32,026 nucleotides of DNA from Candidatus Nezhaarchaeota archaeon WYZ-LMO8 (GTDB lineage Archaea > Thermoproteota > Methanomethylicia > Nezhaarchaeales > WYZ-LMO8), in the NCBI GenBank assembly GCA_004347965.1, contig QNVF01000013.1, forward strand, positions 1 through 32,026. Reading direction: 5' to 3'. A program made the translations under genes and the position numbers. Positions 25,637 to 32,026 of this stretch are shown here, one piece after another (position 1 is the first letter of the stretch; each line of letters opens with the position of its first letter). The notes under the pieces are model-generated. The model ran no database searches and was not told where the DNA came from. It worked only from the letters and a program-made list of their open reading frames with translations.

Positions 25637-26050
25637 ATGATGAGCATTGATCCTCAAAGAATTAAGAGGTTCGCTGAGGTATCCATGGTGATAATGCTCT
25701 TGCTGGGAGCCGTAACACTTGGCTTAGCACCATTTACAGGCAGTTACAGAGGTTTCTATCTCTCAGTTTTCCTCGGTGGGGTGATAGTATTTACATCAAT
25801 AATCTACTTGTTACTGATGGTCATGAGGAAGGCTGAGGATGTAAAGGGGATTGCAACACCGGCTATACAATGCTTATGGATATCAACGTCTATGAGCTTA
25901 GGCTACGTAGTAACGGCTCTAGCTCCTTACTTTAGCATAAGCTTTACGATAGCTGTGACGCTGTTCGTGATAGGATGGTTGATGCTGATATACGGATTAT
26001 ACGCCCTACTAAAGATAAGTAAAGAAACTAAAGTACCATTAGCCGTTTAA
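25637..26050 (+). CDS. Uncharacterised 4-TM membrane protein
   Basis: Strong GGAGGTGA RBS directly after the permease stop, and four hydrophobic segments. Confidence 0.75.
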   Translation: MMSIDPQRIKRFAEVSMVIMLLLGAVTLGLAPFTGSYRGFYLSVFLGGVIVFTSIIYLLLMVMRKAEDVKGIATPAIQCLWISTSMSLGYVVTALAPYFSISFTIAVTLFVIGWLMLIYGLYALLKISKETKVPLAV

Positions 26051-26077
26051 ACAAGAAAATCTTTATAACTTCCATAC

Positions 26078-26083
26078 TTTTTT
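26078..26083 (+). terminator. Putative oligo-T archaeal terminator
   Basis: T6 tract about 28 nt after the last gene of the permease unit. Confidence 0.3.
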
Positions 26084-26673
26084 CCCCACATTACTATAAT
26101 GTGTTCTTGTAATGGCATGAGAAGGTTCTGTAAGCTATCCTTACTCTTAATAATTTCATTGCATGTGTTTGGCATTATCTAATCTTATTAACTGGCCCGG
26201 CGAAATGTCATGCCGAACAAATAACGTACTTTAAACGAGAACGTCGATTACGAATAGTGTTCCTATGCTTTTATCGTATTGGGCTACTTAAACTCCTAGA
26301 TGCCATTAGCGTGATGTATCAACCCTTCACTTTATAAAGCGTGGGCTACTATCACAGTAAATAAAAGATTTCTCAAGTGTAGGGCTTACGAAAGCTGCAT
26401 CAATAACACCTAATCCAATAACCCATACCCTTATACTACCTATACTGACTAGGCAAAATGCTCATTTTCTAAACTTGGTATGTAGTTTAGGACATGTTTT
26501 CTTTAATCCATGTTCTCACGTAGTAGAAATTTAGCTAGTTGTGAAGAGTATGACTTTAGAAACTAACATCGAAAAGCTAAGCGAAAAATAGGTGTAGAAG
26601 TTGAATAGCCAAAGATCTTTTTGGCGATGCATTCTCCTAATCTTTATATGTGGATGTAGAATAATTTTTCAAC

Positions 26674-27708
26674 ATGTACTACGAAGAGTTAATGCAAAGA
26701 TTGGGTTTTCCGAGTTCTGCACTTTTAAGGAGGATTCTAGAGCATCTGATGACCGAGGATGAGGCAAGGATTGCAGCAGCTTTGCCGGGAAGCGTTGAAG
26801 AGATTGCAAATAATCTTTCCATGGAAAAAACAAGGGTCAAAGAAATTCTTGAAGATCTTTTTAGGAAGGGAGTAGCTATACCGAAGGACTTCAAAGATAG
26901 AGAGTATTATAGGCTCGTAAGGGACATAGTTCAGCTTCATGATGCGACCCTAGCATCAAAGCACATGAAGGATCCCGAGTATGCAAGACTTTGGAAGGAA
27001 TTTGGCGAAAAGGAGGTCCACAAAGTAGTTGGTAAAGTTAGAGCGTTGATTGGAGTCAAAACATGGAGAGTTGTCCCAGCTTACAACGCTATAAAGGATT
27101 TGCCCGACGTTCTTCCTTGCGAGAACATGGTTGAGATGATGAAAGCACAAAAGAAGATAGCTGTCGTTCCATGCTCATGTAGAAACGTCACACGTTTTGC
27201 AGCTAGTGGCTGTCAATATACTAAAGAGCTCGTTGAAGATGAAAAAACGTGGAAGTGTATTCAAGTTGGTAGAGGAGCTGAATATGTCATAGAGAGAGGC
27301 TCTGGAATAGAGATAAGCATTGATGAAGCTGTAGAGCTCGTAGAGAAGATAGAGGAAGATGGTTTAGTGCACACATGGGCTAACACCGCAAAAATAGTAG
27401 ACAAGAGCGTTACTGTGAATTGCAACTGCTGTCAGGACTGTTGTGAGTTTTTCTTGGCATCAAAGCATTCAGGCGTACCAATGTTGATGATCCTCGAGAA
27501 AAGCCGTTATGTGGCTTACGTAGATAAAGAAGCTTGTGTAGCTTGTGGATTATGCGTAAATAGATGTCACTTTAATGCCATAACATTAAATGACTATGCT
27601 AAAGTTGATGAAGAGAAGTGCTTTGGTTGTGGTGTTTGTGTAGTAGGCTGTAAGCAGGGAGCTATAAGGCTGAAGGCTGTGAGGGAAAAGGAGCACATAC
27701 CACCGTAA
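26674..27708 (+). CDS. Fe-S protein: N-terminal HTH-like region, Cys-rich middle, C-terminal 2x[4Fe-4S] ferredoxin domain
   Basis: Motifs SVEEIANNL...ILEDLFRKG, CSCR, CNCCQDCC, CVACGLCVNRC and CFGCGVCVVGC. Confidence 0.85.
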   Translation: MYYEELMQRLGFPSSALLRRILEHLMTEDEARIAAALPGSVEEIANNLSMEKTRVKEILEDLFRKGVAIPKDFKDREYYRLVRDIVQLHDATLASKHMKDPEYARLWKEFGEKEVHKVVGKVRALIGVKTWRVVPAYNAIKDLPDVLPCENMVEMMKAQKKIAVVPCSCRNVTRFAASGCQYTKELVEDEKTWKCIQVGRGAEYVIERGSGIEISIDEAVELVEKIEEDGLVHTWANTAKIVDKSVTVNCNCCQDCCEFFLASKHSGVPMLMILEKSRYVAYVDKEACVACGLCVNRCHFNAITLNDYAKVDEEKCFGCGVCVVGCKQGAIRLKAVREKEHIPP

Positions 27709-27930
27709 CCTAACAGACATGAGCAGAGCGAGTCTCTAGCAGAAGTCTGAAGTCTTAGAACAACAAGTCTCGCGATGTTACTACAATAGTACATTCGTGG
27801 TTAGCTGAGCAGTTCAACGATCATCTCAAATGCTTATTTGACCACATAGCTTTTAAGACGTGGCGACCCCTCTTCAAGAAGAGCCTATGTACATCATCTT
27901 CTTTTAAATAACAGAAAGCTTAGTAATATT

Positions 27931-28275
27931 TTGGGGATGGTGGACATGAATCAATTTAAAGGTTGTAAGGAACCTATTGAAGCACTAGAAGTTGCGAATA
28001 AGATAAGTCCTCAGCTCAAAGATGCTGTAAGCTCTCTCTACTCAACTATATGGAGAGATGGAGCACTACCATTAAAGTTCAAGCACTTAATAGCATTAGC
28101 TCTCAGCATATGTTATGGAGTTGAGGAGAACCAAGCACATAAAATCATGACAAGAGCACTTGAAGCGGGAGCCACGAAGGAAGAGATTGTAGAGACAATT
28201 CTCGTAACAATGTGGTTCTCTGGCATTCCAGCTCTCGTCGCTTCTAGAAGTCTCTTGGAGAGACTTAAAAGCTAA
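27931..28275 (+). CDS. Carboxymuconolactone decarboxylase (CMD/AhpD-like) family protein
   Basis: Motifs GALPLKFKHLIALAL, RALEAGATKEEIVE and SGIPA. No CxxC. Start could be the ATG at 27937 or 27946. Confidence 0.85.
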   Translation: MGMVDMNQFKGCKEPIEALEVANKISPQLKDAVSSLYSTIWRDGALPLKFKHLIALALSICYGVEENQAHKIMTRALEAGATKEEIVETILVTMWFSGIPALVASRSLLERLKS

Positions 28276-28321
28276 AACATTTAACTGCAGGTACTAACAT
28301 TAAACTGCACCACACAAGGGG

Positions 28322-29011
28322 TTGGTCGAGGTGAAAATTGCTCTACTAGGTGGAACAGGAGACATGGGTGAGGGATTAGCATTAAGATGGGTTAAAAACC
28401 ATGAAATACTAGTAGGATCTAGGGAAGCATCAAAAGGTATGAGAGTAGCCGCGGAATACTTAACAAAGGCCAAGGGATTCTATGGAGATTCTATGAAAGG
28501 TACCATAAGGGGGATGGCAAACCCCGACGCTGCTGCCGAGGCGGACGTCATAGTTCTTACAATACCATACGAATATGCAGCCTCAACAATTATTAGCATA
28601 AAAGACAGGCTTCAATCAAGCCAAATAATAGTTTCTCCTGTTGTACCAATGGTTAAGGTTAACAGAGGAATGATGTACATGCCGATGGTAGAGGACGGCA
28701 AGATAATGTCATACGCCGAAGCACTAGCAAGAGAGTTAAAAGATGTTCCAGTCATAGCAGCTTTTCACGCCATATCTGCTAAGAAGCTTGCGAACCCCTC
28801 CTTAGTTCTAAACTACGATGTCCCCATAGCTGGTGACGATGAAAAGGCAGTTGAAGTGGTAGCAAACCTTACACGCGAAATTCATAACTTACGACCAATT
28901 TACGTAGGTCCACTAAAGCTAGCACTAATGATAGAGTCGTTAACGCCGCTAATCATAAATGTAGCTATATTCAGCAAGATAAAGGACGCATCAATAGCGT
29001 TCGTTGAATAA
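28322..29011 (+). CDS. npdG: NADPH-dependent F420 reductase (F420H2:NADP+ oxidoreductase, Fno)
   Basis: Motifs GGTGDMGEGLALRW, VGSRE, N..AA..ADVIVLTIPY, SPVVP, AFHAISA and IESLTPLIIN. Confidence 0.9.
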   Translation: MVEVKIALLGGTGDMGEGLALRWVKNHEILVGSREASKGMRVAAEYLTKAKGFYGDSMKGTIRGMANPDAAAEADVIVLTIPYEYAASTIISIKDRLQSSQIIVSPVVPMVKVNRGMMYMPMVEDGKIMSYAEALARELKDVPVIAAFHAISAKKLANPSLVLNYDVPIAGDDEKAVEVVANLTREIHNLRPIYVGPLKLALMIESLTPLIINVAIFSKIKDASIAFVE

Positions 29012-29039
29012 GTCTCTTACTTAACATATCTTAATGTGA

Positions 29040-30998
29040 ATGAGGATGTCAAGTAGCATACCCTTCAAATTGTTCGAAGAAGAGTGCTTAAAGCTACTTA
29101 AGACCTCGCTTGAAGAATCGAGAATAGAATCAACCGAGAACGTTTTAGTAAGAAGCCTAGAAATCCCTCCCGCAAGAGAGATGGGAGAGCTAGCTCTTCC
29201 CTGCTTTGAGCTTGCTAAGTTATTGAGGAGGAACCCTAAGGAGCTGGCTGAAGAGCTGGCCGCAAAGATGTCATTGATGGAAAGAAAGTACGTTAGCGAC
29301 ATTAAGCCTGCAGGTCTTGGCTACATAAACTTTTACGTTAACCACTTCGAGCTTGCTCAAGAGCTATTCACGGCAGTTACGAACTTTGGATCACAGTACG
29401 GATTGATAAAGGTTGAGAGACCTCTCAAGATAATAGTAGAACATACTAGTGGTAACCCAATACACCCTCTGACTATAGGCACAGGGAGGAATGCAGTTAT
29501 AGGTGATAGCTTAGCATCCCTACTGAGATCTCGAGGCCACGACGTCAAAGCACACTTCTACGTTAATGATGTAGGCCTTCAAGTAATGATTGCTGCTTAT
29601 GGATATTCAAAGGTGATGGACAAGATCAAAGGCGAGAAGTTCGATCACTCGATAGGAATCATTTATCCAATGACGAACTCGATAGTAGAGATAATTGAGC
29701 TCAGGAAGAGACTTGAAAGAGCGTCAGATGATGAGACAAAGCGTGAAATATTGAAGGAGATCGATGAGTGGGTTGGGATAGCTTATGAGCTTAGAAATAA
29801 AGATCCTGAGCTTTTCGACTACCTCTTAAGTAAGATAAGTGAGGATGAAGATCCCAAGTCTATGATATCTAAGTTGAATAAAGACTATGAAGAGGGGGCT
29901 AGGGAAGCTGTTGAAATCGTAAGAGGGCTATGCAAGGCTGTCATAGAGGGCTTCAAGCAAACTCTATCAAGGATGTGGATAAAGTTTGATTCATGGGATT
30001 GGGAGAGTGAAATAGCTGTCTGGAGCAAAGCAACTGAGGAAGTGATAGGGAAGATAGGGGACATAGCTCCTTGGGCTCTTGAGAGGTCTGAAGGAGCTTT
30101 AGTGTTAAACGTTAATGGAGTAGCTTCGGCATTGAACCTCAAGGAGAAGTGGGGCTTGGCAGATAAAGAGTTACCAAAACTAACCTTGAGGAGAGCTGAT
30201 GGAACATCTCTCTACACTACTAGAGATATAGTTTATGCCTTTTGGAAGCTTAAAAAAGCCGATAAGGTCATAAATGTGATAGGAGCGGAACAAAGTTTAG
30301 CTCAACTACAATTAAAGATTGTATTAGCTCTTCTCGGAGTAAAGGATGTTGAGACTAGATACATTCATTATGCATACGAGCTCGTCAAGCTTCCAGGAGC
30401 TAAAATGTCAAGCAGGCGAGGTAGATACATCCCCTTAGATGACCTCCTAAACGAGTCCGTCAATAGGGTTAGGATCGAAGTAGAGAAAAGAGGCTCAGCA
30501 TTAAGCGAAGAAGAGAAGAAGGAGATAGCTGAAGTAATCGGCGTAGGCGCAGTTAAGTACGCTCTCCTGAATGTTACAGCTTCTAAGCCAATAACCTTCG
30601 ATTTTGACCAGGTAGTCAACTTTGAGAGAAACAGCTTCCCCTTCATAAACTACACGTACGTAAGAGCACTCGGCATCTTGAGGAAGAGCAGCTTCACGCC
30701 AACACCTAACGTCGATACATCCAAGCTAACTCACGAGTACGAGAGAGAACTAGTGATACAGATGGCTAAGTACCCCAAGATATTCATAGAAGCAGCTGAC
30801 GAGCTTAAACCAGAGCTACTTACCAATTACCTAAACCAGCTTAGTGAGCTTTTCAATTCGTACTACGAGAAGGTAAACGTAATAAAAGAAAAGGATGAGG
30901 AAACCCGCAAGGCTAGGTTGATGCTAGTTTACTCGATCAAGACTGTTATCGAGAGCTGTACTAAAGCACTCAACTTTAAACTAGCTCAACGAATGTAG
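29040..30998 (+). CDS. argS: Arginine--tRNA ligase (archaeal type) with atypical HIGH motif
   Basis: Motifs GYINF, VEHTSGNPIHPL-TIGT-GRN, YVND, RADGTSLYTTRDI, VIGAEQ, KMSSRRG, GAVKY and C-terminal QRM. Confidence 0.96.
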   Translation: MRMSSSIPFKLFEEECLKLLKTSLEESRIESTENVLVRSLEIPPAREMGELALPCFELAKLLRRNPKELAEELAAKMSLMERKYVSDIKPAGLGYINFYVNHFELAQELFTAVTNFGSQYGLIKVERPLKIIVEHTSGNPIHPLTIGTGRNAVIGDSLASLLRSRGHDVKAHFYVNDVGLQVMIAAYGYSKVMDKIKGEKFDHSIGIIYPMTNSIVEIIELRKRLERASDDETKREILKEIDEWVGIAYELRNKDPELFDYLLSKISEDEDPKSMISKLNKDYEEGAREAVEIVRGLCKAVIEGFKQTLSRMWIKFDSWDWESEIAVWSKATEEVIGKIGDIAPWALERSEGALVLNVNGVASALNLKEKWGLADKELPKLTLRRADGTSLYTTRDIVYAFWKLKKADKVINVIGAEQSLAQLQLKIVLALLGVKDVETRYIHYAYELVKLPGAKMSSRRGRYIPLDDLLNESVNRVRIEVEKRGSALSEEEKKEIAEVIGVGAVKYALLNVTASKPITFDFDQVVNFERNSFPFINYTYVRALGILRKSSFTPTPNVDTSKLTHEYERELVIQMAKYPKIFIEAADELKPELLTNYLNQLSELFNSYYEKVNVIKEKDEETRKARLMLVYSIKTVIESCTKALNFKLAQRM

Positions 30999-31109
30999 CC
31001 GGGTTGTCAAGTAGACCATCAAGGACATCTTCATGTAATCGTAGACCTGCATTCATTACCTCAATTCTAAATCTTCTAACGGCTTTACTCGTCATCCCCT
31101 TAATCATGT

Positions 31110-31286
31110 TCATTGACGTTCCGTTGCAGGAACTTCGTACCAAGTACCCTCCTCAGATAGTATTAAGACGTTACCGCACTTCAAGCACTTATAGTACTTA
31201 TTAACGCCCTTCTCACCCTTCTGATCCCCTAGAAACTCCAATTTGTCATGAGGGCACTTCATCTCTATACTTTTAGAGCTTTCCAT
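31110..31286 (-). CDS. Small zinc-ribbon-like protein
   Basis: CPH...YYKCLKCGNVL gives CxH plus CxxC. Start is uncertain (31310, 31286 or the MKCPH ATG). Confidence 0.6.
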   Translation of the reverse strand: MESSKSIEMKCPHDKLEFLGDQKGEKGVNKYYKCLKCGNVLILSEEGTWYEVPATERQ

Positions 31287-31584
31287 CGATCTAATATTGC
31301 TTTTAAGCATTACTTAAGTCTTGCGATAGCAATTATCTTAGTCTCTCCTTCTTAGTGTCTCTTCTTATGAAAAAGCATTAAAATCGTAGTTGTGATATCT
31401 ATTCTAAACCACACGTTGATAGTAGCACTTTGTGGTTTGACATTAATAGTTTGAAGAATTGAATTTTTATGGAGAATCACATATTAAAGCTAAACCTTAA
31501 GGTTAAAGCGTAAGTAGTATCATCAAGTGCTTGATTAGCTCGAATTACAATATAGCGATAAGGAATTAGGAAGCATCATATTCT

Positions 31585-31870
31585 AACCTTAGCAGCTCTC
31601 GTTACCGGATTAATACCTGGTGCTGCAAAGAAAAATCGAATTCTCAAAAGGTGGTCTCAGCTAAAGAGAGGATATAGCACCATGAACTTATGGCTATAGA
31701 CTTAATGGTGAAGGCTTTCTTGGTATGCCTCATATACATCGTTGTCTCTCATAGCCTCATGTGTGCCTAAAAAATGCTAGGATGGTGAAGGGAAAAGCGA
31801 TTAGGAGGGCTATGAATACTACCATGAAGACTATTGAATCAAGAATTCCAATGTCGAGCTTTGCATGACT
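31585..31870 (-). pseudogene. Possible decayed membrane zinc protease (M50/site-2-like) fragment
   Basis: Minus-strand pieces in different frames: hydrophobic IVFMVVFIALLIAFPFTILAF, then FLGTHEAM, then FFFAAPG, interrupted by stops and frameshifts. Confidence 0.25.
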
Positions 31871-31949
31871 TTATTAAATTGCATCTTGCATTTTTCTGAG
31901 CTCTAGGTGTAGGAGCGTGTGGCAGCAAGAAAATGATCTAAGTTTTAAG

Positions 31950-32026
31950 CGGGCCCGCGGGGACTTGAACCCCGGACCTCCAGCTTTCTGCATGAACCGC
32001 AGGCTGGCGTCCTATCCAAGCTAGAC
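31950..32026 (-). tRNA. tRNA-Arg (anticodon GCG) with 11-nt canonical intron; 5' end outside the window
   Basis: Minus strand reads GTCT-AGCTTGGATA-GGAC-G-CCAGC-CTGCGG[TTCATGCAGAA]A-GCTGG-AGGTC-CGGGG-TTCAAGT-CCCCG-CGGGCCC-G. Confidence 0.92.
31986..31996 (-). other. tRNA intron at position 37/38 (11 nt)
   Basis: TTCATGCAGAA. Central helix CTGC/GCAG and 3' bulge AA^A; the 5' cut lies in a 7-nt loop. Confidence 0.82.

Noticed and set aside
26327..26460. Minus-strand fragment SIRVWVIGLGVIDAAF resembling a Rossmann GxGxxG start
   Set aside because: Short, bounded by stops, without a clear start and missing the third Gly. Cannot be told from chance.
27931..28275. AhpD-type peroxidase
   Set aside because: No CxxC motif, so only the CMD-like fold is supported.
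2414..30646. Numerous 60-156 aa ORFs antisense to or nested within the called genes (e.g. 8471..8941, 10773..11126, 12761..13114, 29021..29302)
   Set aside because: They are shadow frames of well-supported genes and show no recognisable motifs.
31004..31204. 66-aa plus-strand ORF after argS
   Set aside because: No motif or RBS, and it overlaps the more protein-like Zn-ribbon ORF on the opposite strand.
7651..31981. Near-identical sequences at 7651..7682 and 31950..31981 as attL/attR of a 24-kb integrated element
   Set aside because: Both are 3' halves of distinct tRNA-Arg isoacceptor genes and differ by a compensatory T-stem pair. The interval holds core genes (tpiA, argS) and no integrase.
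1..32026. CRISPR arrays, transposases, rRNA, C/D-box sRNAs
   Set aside because: No regularly spaced repeats, transposase-like ORFs or rRNA-like sequence seen. No convincing RTGATGA...CTGA pair was found in the intergenic regions by eye; a covariance-model search could still find small RNAs.

Overview
Gene-dense chromosomal segment of a probably thermophilic, anaerobic archaeon. Archaeal-type TIM, ArgRS, UPF0147/UPF0148, FAU-1, a PAC2 chaperone, Fno, tungsten AOR, BRE/TATA promoters and tRNA introns with relaxed BHB motifs point to the TACK/Thermoproteota side, which is an inference. Left to right: a glycogen cluster (debranching enzyme, small wHTH protein, a GT4 N-domain-only protein, two convergent GT4 glycosyltransferases); a HEPN-MNT pair; a crotonase-fold isomerase; tRNA-Arg(TCG); a candidate amine/amino-acid catabolic module (AOR, class III PLP aminotransferase, Lrp plus stand-alone Lrp effector domain, APC permease, alanine dehydrogenase); housekeeping genes (tpiA, UPF0148, UPF0147, FAU-1, Hsp20, PAC2 with HbYX tail); tRNA-Glu(TTC) with a non-canonical D-loop intron; an HhH-GPD glycosylase with an extra 4-Cys motif; an M29 peptidase divergent from a DUF917-nitroreductase-DUF6092-like-NCS1 permease-membrane protein cluster; an HTH/polyferredoxin protein; a CMD-family protein; npdG; argS with HIGH replaced by TIGT; a small Zn-ribbon protein; and a truncated tRNA-Arg(GCG) with an 11-nt intron. 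I saw no integrase, transposase, CRISPR array or rRNA. Family calls come from motif recognition by eye, not from database searches.
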